A DNA stretch of 26,165 nucleotides, from positions 1-26,165 of the IMG/VR virus record IMGVR_UViG_3300021378_000140; one strand, written 5' to 3'. This DNA comes from a virus (taxonomy: Duplodnaviria; Caudoviricetes). Each line of letters starts with the position of its first letter. Within the stretch, counting starts at the first letter, position 1. The notes under the pieces are model-generated. The model was not told where the DNA came from. It made no database searches and saw only the letters and a program-made list of their open reading frames with translations. This document shows, one piece after another, positions 16,074 to 25,151 of the stretch. Both the position numbers and the translations under genes were made by a program.

Positions 16074-16340
16074 CTAAACGAGTGAGGCGAGGGTGATTAG
16101 CATCACGAGGGTGAACAGGCCCCAAGCGTAGTGTTTTGCGCCAGTGGTAGGCTTGCTGGCCCTGTGTGGGGTGGAGATGTAAGGCCTCGCCATCTCAGCC
16201 ATCTCTGCATCGATTGCCCTCTGCTCCAAGCCAGTCCGTACCCATACCCATCCAAACCAGGTCACCAGCAACACCACCGCTATGGGTAGGGCCGGTGGGT
16301 AGATCACGCACAGAATGGCGAATAGTATTAATTCAGTCAT
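16074..16340 (-). CDS. Small membrane protein
   Basis: Start MTELILFAIL at 16340 after GAGGAG; long N-terminal hydrophobic segment and a C-terminal TM helix. Confidence 0.7.
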   Translation of the reverse strand: MTELILFAILCVIYPPALPIAVVLLVTWFGWVWVRTGLEQRAIDAEMAEMARPYISTPHRASKPTTGAKHYAWGLFTLVMLITLASLV

Positions 16341-16382
16341 TTTCTCTCTCCTCTGGGCTGCTGCCCTCAACTCAATGACGCC

Positions 16383-16446
16383 ATTATCACTTATTATTGG
16401 TTAATTGTCAACACAAATAATAGGTAATACCACTAAAAAGTGATAT
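16383..16446 (-). promoter_or_regulatory. Near-consensus sigma70 promoter with two operator-like palindromes
   Basis: TTGACA-N17-GATAAT (16411-16383); TTATCACT-N4-ATTGGTTA at 16384-16403 and ATACCACT-N4-AGTGATAT at 16427-16446. Confidence 0.75.
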
Positions 16447-16801
16447 AACTGCCAATGTGTAAATGACCAAAACGATCATTTAATGGGTTATGTGAGCGAA
16501 TATGTCACTAAAAAGGGTGTTTACTAGGCGGGCGGGTGCGCCCACCGCCGAAAAGTTTTCAGCCCCTGGCTCGACCGGATCGGGCCAGGTGACGGCTAAT
16601 GACACCCTGCTCGGCCAGAGTTGGTCATAAAGTGAGCAATAATGGCGTTATTAGTGCGCCTAATCTCCATTATGTTAAATAGCGGTTGAATAATTAAACT
16701 GCAAGGGCAAGGGAGGGGCAAAACCCACCCCCCCGGCGGTTTCTGAGCGAGTCGGTCGGGTGGGCGCAAGTCCACCCCCCAAAATTTTGAGGTGAAAAAC
16801 T

Positions 16802-17212
16802 TTGGCTGAAGAGAAGAAACGACCGGGCCTCAAACCAGGCCAACGCCACTCAGGCCAGTTCGTCAAGGGCGACCCCCGCAGGTCCAATACTGGCAACCGC
16901 AAGCATGCTGACATCATTGACTTCCGCAAGAAGATAATGGCCCGCAGTGACGCCGCCCTGGAGGCTCTGGACTACCTCCTAGACCTGAACAACAAGGACA
17001 TCTCCGCCAAGGACCGCCGGGAGACGGCAGAGTTGGTATTGAACCACGCCCACGGGCGACCTGTGGACCGGATAGCCATTGCCACTCTGGATGGGAACAT
17101 TGATGGCCCCACGGCCAATCTGGACCTTCCCACGTTGCGTCAGCGGGCGGCGAGTTTGATCAGCCGGATTGACGATGCCAAGGATGTGACGCAGGTGGTT
17201 GATGAGCAATAA
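16802..17212 (+). CDS. terS: Putative terminase small subunit
   Basis: TTG start after GAGGTG; GQFVKGDPR..N motif and LNHAHGRP; overlaps terL. Confidence 0.7.
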   Translation: MAEEKKRPGLKPGQRHSGQFVKGDPRRSNTGNRKHADIIDFRKKIMARSDAALEALDYLLDLNNKDISAKDRRETAELVLNHAHGRPVDRIAIATLDGNIDGPTANLDLPTLRQRAASLISRIDDAKDVTQVVDEQ

Positions 17213-18743
17213 CCTTGCCCTGGCCGACCTGTCTGATCAGGACCGTGCCCTCCTACAGGAGTTGATGCGGTATGAGCGGGCGTTGGATAGCTTGGGTGGG
17301 TTCCGTCAGTTCATGGAGTCCACGGGTCACAATGACTTTGCGTACCCCCATGAGAAGCACCATGCGGTGGTAGCGGAGCATCTTGAGCGTGTGGTGAGTG
17401 GGGAGATTAACCGTCTGATGGTGTGTTTGCCGCCGGGTGCGGCGAAGTCCACGATTGTGAGCATTCAGTTTGCCACTTGGTGGTGGGCAATGAATCCCGG
17501 CCATCATATTTTGCGTTGTTCGGCCACGCAGTCGTTGGCTGAGAAGTTTGCTCGTCGGTGTCGTGCAGCGATTATGACGGACGAGTACAAGCGTCTGACG
17601 GGCACGGAGATTGATAAGTCCCATCAGAGTGTATCCAGCTTTGGCAATATGGCTGGTGGGACGATGACGGCGGCTGGTGTGGGCACTTCTATTGTGGGTT
17701 TGCGTTCGAATCTGTCCATTCTGGATGACCCGGTCAGTTCGTTTGAGGCGGTGCATAGTGAGACGCAGCGTCAGGCGGCGTTGGACTGGTATCGCACGGA
17801 GTATCGTTCTCGTCTTATTCCTGGCAGTCCTGAGATTATTGTGACCACCCGTTGGCATACGGATGACATTCCTGGTGCGATTTTGAAGTCGGAGGAGGCT
17901 GGCACCTGGACGGTGGTACGGATTCCGATGGTGTGTGATTCGGATGATGATCCGATAGGTCGGAAGGTTGGTGAGCGGTTGTGGCCGCAGTGGTTTACGG
18001 ACCGGATGGTTGAGGAGGCCCAGCGTGATCCTGAGCGTTGGGCGGGCATGTATCAGCAGGTGCCGCTGACATCTGAGGGTGACTGGTTAAATCCAGATGA
18101 CATAGAGGTTGTGGATGAGGCTCCCAGTCATTTGAATTTGAGTGCTGGGTTGGACATTGCGATGACGGATGGTCGTGGTGACTTTTCGGTCTGTGTGGTG
18201 GCTGGGATGGATGCCAAGGGCACGATGTGGTTGGTGGACATGTGGCGTGATCGTGTGACGCCGGACAGCATTGTGAACAATCTGGTGCATCTTCATGGGA
18301 GGCACAATTTGCGTGAGGTGCTTTTGGATAATGATGTGGGTGCGAAGGTGTTTAAGAACCTGGCGCACAAGATATTGATGGAGCGCCGTCAGTATTTGCC
18401 GTTGGTGGATATGCCGATGCGGGGTCAGGACAAAGAGGTTCGGGCGGCTGCGTTTCGGGGTTTGGCGAAGATGGGTGGTGTAAAGATGGTGCGTGGGCCT
18501 TGGAACACGGACTTGTTGCGGGAGATCAGTGAGTTCCCGTTTGGTGATCACGATGACATTGTGGATGCGTTGGGCCTGTTGGGTCGTAGGGCTGCTGCGA
18601 TGGGTAAGGCGGGACCGACTTTGGCTCCGCAGGGTAGTGAGATTGAGGCGGCATTTATTGAGGAGGATGGTCGGATGTACACACGGGCGTCTTTGGATGA
18701 TATGTGGGAGCAGCCTGTGCGGAAAGGGACGTTAAGGATATAG
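17199..18743 (+). CDS. terL: Terminase large subunit
   Basis: Walker A PPGAAKST, Walker B SILDDP, VTTRWH, YQQVP, nuclease GLDIA...DFS...HDDIVDA. Confidence 0.95.
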   Translation: MMSNNLALADLSDQDRALLQELMRYERALDSLGGFRQFMESTGHNDFAYPHEKHHAVVAEHLERVVSGEINRLMVCLPPGAAKSTIVSIQFATWWWAMNPGHHILRCSATQSLAEKFARRCRAAIMTDEYKRLTGTEIDKSHQSVSSFGNMAGGTMTAAGVGTSIVGLRSNLSILDDPVSSFEAVHSETQRQAALDWYRTEYRSRLIPGSPEIIVTTRWHTDDIPGAILKSEEAGTWTVVRIPMVCDSDDDPIGRKVGERLWPQWFTDRMVEEAQRDPERWAGMYQQVPLTSEGDWLNPDDIEVVDEAPSHLNLSAGLDIAMTDGRGDFSVCVVAGMDAKGTMWLVDMWRDRVTPDSIVNNLVHLHGRHNLREVLLDNDVGAKVFKNLAHKILMERRQYLPLVDMPMRGQDKEVRAAAFRGLAKMGGVKMVRGPWNTDLLREISEFPFGDHDDIVDALGLLGRRAAAMGKAGPTLAPQGSEIEAAFIEEDGRMYTRASLDDMWEQPVRKGTLRI

Positions 18744-18747
18744 GAAG

Positions 18748-20904
18748 ATGAGTGATTATAGTGAGCAGGACAAGAACCCTACGGGTAAGACCCCGTCCCA
18801 GTGGCACAAGCATTGGGGTCGTGAGATGGAAGCGGCTGAGAAGCGTCTGCGGAAGTTTCTAAAGCAGGGTAACAAGGTTGTTGAGCGGTATTTGGACCAG
18901 CGTGTTGATCAGGACATGAATGGGCAGCAATCGCGCCTGAATTTGTTCTACACCAACGTCAGCACCCTCCAGAGCATGCTGTATGGCTCTGTGCCGAAGA
19001 TTGAGGTCAGTCGTGAGCATCATGACCCTGATGACGATGTGGCCCGTGTAGCGTGTCTGATGTACGAGAGGATGCTCCAGGCAGATGTGGAGCCGTCAGG
19101 TGAGAATCTGCCTACGGTATTGAAGGCGTGTTTGCAGGATCGTTTGTTGCCTGGGTTGGGTATAGCGCGGGTGCGTTATGACTTTGAGACGAGCATGGTC
19201 ACAGTGATGAATCCTGAGACGATGCAGCCTGAGCAGATTGAGCAGGTGTCGTATGAGGATGTGCCGGTTGATTATGTGCATTGGCAGGATTTCCGGTGGG
19301 GTTGGGCGCGTACTTGGGCTGAGATTCCCTGGATGGCGTTTCGGGCGTATTTGACGAAGGATGAGGCGTCGGCGCGTTTTGGTGATGACCGTGCTGAGAA
19401 GCTGGAGTACAAGAACCAGACACCGGAGGGTGAGGACGAGCGTGGTGGTGATAGTGACCAGCAGAGCAATGTCCAGAAGGCAGAGATTTGGGAGATTTGG
19501 AATCTGTCTGACCGCCGGGTGTATTGGTGGAGTGCGGGTTGTGACTATGTGTTGGACATCAAGGATGACCCGTTGGGTCTGATAGGTTTCTGGCCGATTC
19601 CCAAGCCGCTAATTGCCAACAATACGACCAAGTTGTTCATACCGAGGGCTGATTTCATTCTGGCCCAGGATTTGTATAACGAGGTGGATGAGTTACAGAC
19701 GCGGATCAGCGTTATCACCAAGGCCATCAAGGTGGTGGGTGTGTATGACCAGTCGGCGTCGAGTCAGGTGGGTAGGATGCTCAAAGAGGGCATCGAAAAC
19801 GACCTGATTCCGGTGGATAACTGGGCAATGTTTGCTGAGAAGGGTGGTTTGCGTGGGGCGATTGATTGGTTCCCGGTTGAGACAATTTCTGCGGTCTTGC
19901 AGCAGTTGCAGGGCATTCAGCAGCAGAAAATCCAGCAGTTGTATGAGGTGACGGGTCTGTCGGACATCATGCGTGGTGGTGCGACTGACCAGTATACGGC
20001 GGCTGCGACCCAGGGTATGAAGATGAAGATGGGTTCTATCCGCGTTCAGGCCTTGCAGGATGAATTTGCCCGTTTTGCCAGTGATTTGGAGGCCTTGAAG
20101 TCGGAGGTTATCAGCAAGCACTTCTCTGAAGAGTCGATTTTGAAGCAATCTGGCGCTCAGTTCCTGTCGAAACCGGATCAGGAGTTGATTATGCCTGCGC
20201 TTCAGTTGATGAAGTCGCCGGAGGTGGCTTGGCGGGTGGATATCCGGCCTGAGTCGATTGCGATGGTTGATTATGCGCAGTTGAAGTCTGAGAGGACGGA
20301 GTTTTTGACGGCGATGTCAACGTATATCCAGTCTGCGCAGGCGGCGGTGAACAGTATGGGTCCGACAGCGTTGCCGGTCCTGATGGAGTTGATGAAATGG
20401 GGTATGGCGGGCTTTAAGGGTGCCAATTACCTGGAGGGCATTATGGACCAGGCCATCCAGACGGCGATCCAGTCATCCCAGCAGCAGGGTCAGGAGCAGG
20501 AGCAGCCTTCGCCGGAGCAGATGAAGATGCAGACGGAGCAGATGAAGCTACAGGGTCAGCAGCAGAAATTGGCCGGTGAGATTCAGAAGATTCAGGCCAA
20601 GTCTGCGGCTGATATGCAGTCTCAGCAAGCTAAATTACAGGCTGAGATTGCCAAGATACAGACTGACAGTCAGGCCGATATGACACTGGAGCAGACCCAG
20701 GCTCAGAATCGATTGATTGAGATCAGTCGGGAGTTGGAGGCGAGTATGGCTGAGATACAGGCGGCGATGCGGGCTGACCTGACGGTGGAGCGGGCACAGG
20801 CATCGTTTGACATCCAGTCCCAGCAGAACGAACACCAAAATAACCTTGTGGAGGTGAGAACCAATGCCGCGTTGGCGTCAAACAATCAATCCCGAAACGG
20901 GTAA
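18748..20904 (+). CDS. Portal protein with long Gln-rich coiled-coil C-terminus
   Basis: 718 aa directly after terL; YEVTGLSDIMRG...TA motif; C-terminal helical barrel as in P22-like portals. Confidence 0.85.
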   Translation: MSDYSEQDKNPTGKTPSQWHKHWGREMEAAEKRLRKFLKQGNKVVERYLDQRVDQDMNGQQSRLNLFYTNVSTLQSMLYGSVPKIEVSREHHDPDDDVARVACLMYERMLQADVEPSGENLPTVLKACLQDRLLPGLGIARVRYDFETSMVTVMNPETMQPEQIEQVSYEDVPVDYVHWQDFRWGWARTWAEIPWMAFRAYLTKDEASARFGDDRAEKLEYKNQTPEGEDERGGDSDQQSNVQKAEIWEIWNLSDRRVYWWSAGCDYVLDIKDDPLGLIGFWPIPKPLIANNTTKLFIPRADFILAQDLYNEVDELQTRISVITKAIKVVGVYDQSASSQVGRMLKEGIENDLIPVDNWAMFAEKGGLRGAIDWFPVETISAVLQQLQGIQQQKIQQLYEVTGLSDIMRGGATDQYTAAATQGMKMKMGSIRVQALQDEFARFASDLEALKSEVISKHFSEESILKQSGAQFLSKPDQELIMPALQLMKSPEVAWRVDIRPESIAMVDYAQLKSERTEFLTAMSTYIQSAQAAVNSMGPTALPVLMELMKWGMAGFKGANYLEGIMDQAIQTAIQSSQQQGQEQEQPSPEQMKMQTEQMKLQGQQQKLAGEIQKIQAKSAADMQSQQAKLQAEIAKIQTDSQADMTLEQTQAQNRLIEISRELEASMAEIQAAMRADLTVERAQASFDIQSQQNEHQNNLVEVRTNAALASNNQSRNG

Positions 20905-21190
20905 GAGTCAATTCATTCCGATTGATGAAGTGGCAAGGCGACAGAGCGGAGCCTATTTACAGGGCGATATTCAGTCTTTTGTTAGTCCTGTCGATGGGTC
21001 TGTTATTTCTGATCGAAAGCAACTTAGGGAGCACAACCTGCGGCATGGGGTGGTGAACTCAGCAGAATTTAGCCATGCGTTCAATGAGCGCAAGGCTAAA
21101 GAGCGGGAACGCGCGGCGGCGAATGACCGCAAGGCGGTGAAGAGAGAGTTATATGAGCGACTAATTAGAGCAGAACGGGGCGAACAATGA
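20864..21190 (+). CDS. Hypothetical protein between portal and scaffold
   Basis: FVSPVDGSVISDRKQLREHNLRHGVV; GAGG RBS; coupled to both neighbours. Confidence 0.7.
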   Translation: MPRWRQTINPETGKSQFIPIDEVARRQSGAYLQGDIQSFVSPVDGSVISDRKQLREHNLRHGVVNSAEFSHAFNERKAKERERAAANDRKAVKRELYERLIRAERGEQ

Positions 21191-22221
21191 GCGAGATAAT
21201 GAATGACCTGGCCGAGGCTTGGGAGGAAGTTGAGAATGAGAACACTGATGAAAACGAGGTTCATGCAACCTCAAGTGAATCCGACAGTGCCGACATCGAA
21301 GGAGGAGCCTTTGCCGGAGCAGACGATGGCAGTGACGCAGGAGGTGCCGGACCAGATGTTGACGGCGAGGGAGTGCAACCGCATGACGAACAACATAGTC
21401 TTGGCGAACAGGATGTCCAGAAAGACGAGGTCGCTTCCCTAGACAAGCCACCGGCTGGGTTATCCCCGGCGGCGCGTGAGGTGTGGAATGAGGTGCCTAA
21501 TGCGGTGCGTGAGCATATTGCCGGGTATGAGAAGCGGATGGAGGGCATGGCGCAGAAGTATAGTCATGATGCCAACCGTGCGCAGTCGATGGATAAGGTG
21601 TTGCAGCCCTTTTCGCAGCTATTTGCTATGGGTGGTGGGCCGCAGAATGTGATGCCTGGGTTGTTGCAGACGGCGTCCATCCTCCAGATGGGTTCTCCGC
21701 AACAGAAGGCTGACCAGGTGGCAAACTTGATCAAGCAGTTTGGTGTTGATATCCAGTCCCTGGACCGTGTGTTGGTGGGTAAGGCCCCACCCCCAGAGCA
21801 GCAGCAGGCCAGCCAGGTTGAGCAGTTGGTCAATCAGCGGTTCCAGCAGATGCAGCAGCAGCAGCAGCAACAGGCGCAGCAGCAGCAGATGCAGCAGTCT
21901 GCCAGTGAGATTCAGTCCTTTGCTTCAGACCCCAAGAACGAGTTCTACCGGGATGTGCGGGCAGAGATGGCTGACATTATGGACATGGCGGCAAACCGTG
22001 GTCAGGAGATGAGTTTGCAGGATGCCTACCAGAAGGCCTGTCAGCTTCACCCAGAGGTGTCCAAGATTGTGACAGCCCGTAACAGCCAGGCGCAGGTCAA
22101 TCAGCGTAGGCAGGCTGCTACGAGCATTCACGGCACACCGGGCGGTGAGGGTGGTGGTATGCCCGCAGATAACATGCGAATTGCCCTAGAAGAGGCATGG
22201 AACAATTCTGGTAGAGTGTGA
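21187..22221 (+). CDS. Putative capsid scaffolding protein
   Basis: Acidic disordered N-terminus, helical Gln-rich core, SLQDAYQKAC; directly upstream of the capsid gene. Confidence 0.72.
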   Translation: MSEIMNDLAEAWEEVENENTDENEVHATSSESDSADIEGGAFAGADDGSDAGGAGPDVDGEGVQPHDEQHSLGEQDVQKDEVASLDKPPAGLSPAAREVWNEVPNAVREHIAGYEKRMEGMAQKYSHDANRAQSMDKVLQPFSQLFAMGGGPQNVMPGLLQTASILQMGSPQQKADQVANLIKQFGVDIQSLDRVLVGKAPPPEQQQASQVEQLVNQRFQQMQQQQQQQAQQQQMQQSASEIQSFASDPKNEFYRDVRAEMADIMDMAANRGQEMSLQDAYQKACQLHPEVSKIVTARNSQAQVNQRRQAATSIHGTPGGEGGGMPADNMRIALEEAWNNSGRV

Positions 22222-22271
22222 TATATTACTTGTGGGTGATATCAATCAAGTGGTATGACCCACAGTTTTTA

Positions 22272-22327
22272 GGACAGGCTATTCAAGCGGCTTTTCCGTC
22301 AGAGGCGACCATTCAAGCGGTCATCTG
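22272..22327 (+). promoter_or_regulatory. Twin stem-loops with identical ATTCAAGC loops in the capsid leader
   Basis: GGACAGGCT-ATTCAAGC-GGCTTTTCC and CAGAGGCGACC-ATTCAAGC-GGTCATCTG. Confidence 0.55.
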
Positions 22328-22365
22328 TAAGTGTGTTTATTACTTTTAACTGATAGGAGAGGCAA

Positions 22366-23334
22366 ATGACCTTCCCCAATATCAGCGACATCGTCGCTAC
22401 TACTATCGAGAGCCGCACTCGTAAAATCGCGGACAACGTCACCGAGAACAATGCCCTTCTCAAGAAGCTTGAGATGAAAGGCAAGATCAAGCCGTTCTCT
22501 GGTGGTTACAAGATTCTTCAGGAACTCTCTTTTGCCGAGAACTCTAATGCCGGTTGGTATTCTGGTTACGACATTCTGCCTGTGGGCGTCAGCGATGTAA
22601 TTTCAGCCGCTGAGTTCAACATTAAGCAGGCTGCTGTACCCGTTGTGATCTCTGGCCTTGAGATGCTCCAAAACTCTGGCCGTGAGAAGATGATCGACCT
22701 GATGGAGTCTCGCATAAGCGTGGCTGAGTCCACTATGTCCAACCTCATCTCTGAGGGCCTGTACTCTGACGGTACTGGCGCTGGCGGTAAGGAGATCGAT
22801 GGTCTGGATGCAGCGGTTCCCATCGACCCGACTACGGGCACTTACGGCGGTATTGATCGTTCTACCTGGACGTTTTGGCGTTCCAAGGTGGATGCGTCTA
22901 CCAATATCGACGCCACCAACATCCAGGGTGTATGGAATGGCATGTGGGCCTCACTGGTTCGCGGTGCAGATCGTCCTGACCTGATCATGGTGGATAACAG
23001 CATGTGGGGCAACTACTTGGCTTCCCTCCAAGCACAACAGCGTTTTACCGACACCAGCACTGGCAACTTGGGCTTCCCAACTGTCAAGTACATGGATGCG
23101 GACGTTGTTCTGGACGGTGGTATCGGTGGTTATGCAACTGCTGGCACTGCGTACTTCCTGAACTGTGACTACCTGCACTACCGTCCGCATTCGAACCGTA
23201 ACATGGTGTCACTGTCACCCAATCGTCGTTATGCGACAAACCAGGATGCTGAAGTGCAAATCCTGGCATGGGCTGGCAACCTCACTTGTTCGGGTGCGCA
23301 GTTCCAGGGTCGGATAATCGACTCAACGCCTTAA
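22366..23334 (+). CDS. Major capsid protein
   Basis: 322 aa after the scaffold; AGGAGAGG RBS; IADNVTENNALL, YSDGTG, TYGGIDR, WAGNLTCS; followed by a terminator. Confidence 0.88.
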   Translation: MTFPNISDIVATTIESRTRKIADNVTENNALLKKLEMKGKIKPFSGGYKILQELSFAENSNAGWYSGYDILPVGVSDVISAAEFNIKQAAVPVVISGLEMLQNSGREKMIDLMESRISVAESTMSNLISEGLYSDGTGAGGKEIDGLDAAVPIDPTTGTYGGIDRSTWTFWRSKVDASTNIDATNIQGVWNGMWASLVRGADRPDLIMVDNSMWGNYLASLQAQQRFTDTSTGNLGFPTVKYMDADVVLDGGIGGYATAGTAYFLNCDYLHYRPHSNRNMVSLSPNRRYATNQDAEVQILAWAGNLTCSGAQFQGRIIDSTP

Positions 23335-23346
23335 GTGGTTCGCCCC

Positions 23347-23407
23347 GCCCGCCTGGGACTTAAACCTCCAAGGCGGGCTTTGCCTCTTCTCCGGGAGGGG
23401 CCTTTTT
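23347..23407 (+). terminator. Hairpin plus intrinsic terminator after the capsid gene
   Basis: GCCCGCCT...AGGCGGGC stem, then GCCTCTTC-TCCG-GGAGGGGC followed by CTTTTT. Confidence 0.65.
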
Positions 23408-23484
23408 GGAGTAATTATTGCCAGATACGCGGCGGTTAGCTAAAAGCGGGATGTTATCTCGCACAACAACCCATAGGTGACAAA

Positions 23485-23856
23485 ATGAACAGCCCAACAG
23501 CTTATGCAGACAATATAGAGATCGTTATTCGCTCAGGCGAGGTAGCGGCTAACTGGGGTACTGGCATGGATTACGGAGCATCTAATGCGCCTGGAGTCGG
23601 TGTAGCAACAGACAACTCCAATCTGGAGCAATCCCTACCTAGCTGGACACTGCTTGACCAAGATGGCGATGCGCGTACACCGCAGGTCAGTCAGGTTATT
23701 GGCGGGGGTGGCCCAGCAGGATTGTCAGGAAAGGGGTTGCAGCCTGTAGAGGTTGTTGCCAATAACGAATCGGGTGATGGGGGTATTTCGGCATCCCAAG
23801 AGGCCCATTTAGTCACTCTGGCCGCAGGCTGGGTTGGCGTAACACCACCCCCATAA
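23485..23856 (+). CDS. Hypothetical virion-associated protein, paralog A
   Basis: 123 aa; shares NAPG.G..T.N..L..SLP.WTLLDQ.G.AR..Q.SQ.IGG.G with the next ORF. Confidence 0.72.
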   Translation: MNSPTAYADNIEIVIRSGEVAANWGTGMDYGASNAPGVGVATDNSNLEQSLPSWTLLDQDGDARTPQVSQVIGGGGPAGLSGKGLQPVEVVANNESGDGGISASQEAHLVTLAAGWVGVTPPP

Positions 23857-23868
23857 CGGAGAATTATC

Positions 23869-24297
23869 ATGGCTCAATCAAAAATTAGCTTTTTCGTAGA
23901 TGATGCTTCAGTTACAGCAATGACCACTCGCGTTCCTGGTGCAATATTTAATAGTGGAGCCTTTGCAGGTGGCGGCAATGCGCCTGGAATTGGTATCTCC
24001 ACGGAAAACGCTGGCCTTGCTGAGTCACTGCCTAACTGGACGCTGCTTGACCAGTTCGGCAATGCCCGTGCTGCACAGCGCAGCCAGTGCATTGGTGGCC
24101 CTGGAATTAGCAGCCCGAGTGAGTCTGACGGTCAGGAGGGAACACTTCCTGCTGCAACAATTCGGCTTGTGAGCAATAGTGACTTGTCCACCGCTGCCGA
24201 AAAAGCGGCTAACCCTAATGTAGATGGCTCGTTAGCCTTCCCACTGCTGGGTGCTAACCTGACTGATCTTGCTCTTGGCTGGGTTGAAGGCACATAA
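23869..24297 (+). CDS. Hypothetical virion-associated protein, paralog B
   Basis: 142 aa; GGAG RBS; same motif and C-terminal L..LA.GWV. Confidence 0.72.
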   Translation: MAQSKISFFVDDASVTAMTTRVPGAIFNSGAFAGGGNAPGIGISTENAGLAESLPNWTLLDQFGNARAAQRSQCIGGPGISSPSESDGQEGTLPAATIRLVSNSDLSTAAEKAANPNVDGSLAFPLLGANLTDLALGWVEGT

Positions 24298-24456
24298 GCA
24301 ACAAGCTTTCTGCCGGTGCTAATGCAGGCGGTCTTTATAAGACTGCCGCTGGTCTTGCTGGATGGGCTGATTCACCCAGCGTGTTACTAATAATAACCCG
24401 CAGTTGTGCGGTAACAACGTAAAGCCCCAAAGAGGGCATATCAAGAGGGCAACATC

Positions 24457-25059
24457 ATGCTACAAGAAAGTGATTATGGAATGACGGATATGGCAATGCA
24501 GGGTCAGCAGGGGCGTTTTTCTGCTGACGATACATTGCTGGTGAAGTTTTACATGCACCCCGGCCTGAACCAGGCAAAGACGAAGACAGAGGGTCGCCCC
24601 ATCTACGAGGAGCGTCCTTATGTCTCTATCATGCAGCCGGGTAACAAGGACAGCATTATCCAGCGTCCTGCCACTGAGCGGGATAAGCAGCGTTTTTCAC
24701 GCCACTGGGAGAAGTTCCAGTCCCGTGAGAAGGATGAGGGTATTGAGGGTACTTTGCTTGAGGAGTGGCCTGGTTTGACTCGCTCCCAGGTGGAGGAGTT
24801 GAAGTACCTGAACATCCGTACCGTCGAACAGTTGGCGAATGTGTCCGACAGCAATGCGCAGGGTGTGATGGGTGTGAATATGCTTCGCCAGAAGGCTGCG
24901 GCCTACCTGGAGACGAGCAAGGACAACGCCACGGCAGAGGCTTTGGAAGCCGCGAATGCCCGCATCGATGAGCTTTCTAAGATCATCATCGACTTACAGA
25001 ATGACGCACCATCCAAGCGCAAGACTAAAAAGAAGGAAGATACTGATGAAGTGTCCTAA
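24457..25059 (+). CDS. Hypothetical phage protein of the head-tail region
   Basis: EGRPIY, GTLLEEWP, NIRTVEQLANVSD (helix-hairpin-helix-like), coiled-coil and Lys-rich end. Confidence 0.75.
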   Translation: MLQESDYGMTDMAMQGQQGRFSADDTLLVKFYMHPGLNQAKTKTEGRPIYEERPYVSIMQPGNKDSIIQRPATERDKQRFSRHWEKFQSREKDEGIEGTLLEEWPGLTRSQVEELKYLNIRTVEQLANVSDSNAQGVMGVNMLRQKAAAYLETSKDNATAEALEAANARIDELSKIIIDLQNDAPSKRKTKKKEDTDEVS

Positions 25060-25151
25060 GTGTGACGAGGTCTTGGTGATACCGGCTGGCAGGTCCAAGC
25101 CGGTACATGCCTGCGCAGAGAAGCCCAAGCGCAAGACTAAAAAGAAGGAAG
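25013..25151 (+). repeat. Perfect 27-bp direct repeat
   Basis: CCAAGCGCAAGACTAAAAAGAAGGAAG at 25013-25039 and 25125-25151. Confidence 0.92.

Noticed and set aside
21844-21897. CAG-rich repeat as a contingency locus
   Set aside because: In-frame, interrupted poly-Gln in a scaffold coiled coil; explained by the protein
23310-23484. Programmed frameshift or read-through extending the capsid protein
   Set aside because: No slippery heptamer seen before the TAA; the downstream hairpins fit a terminator
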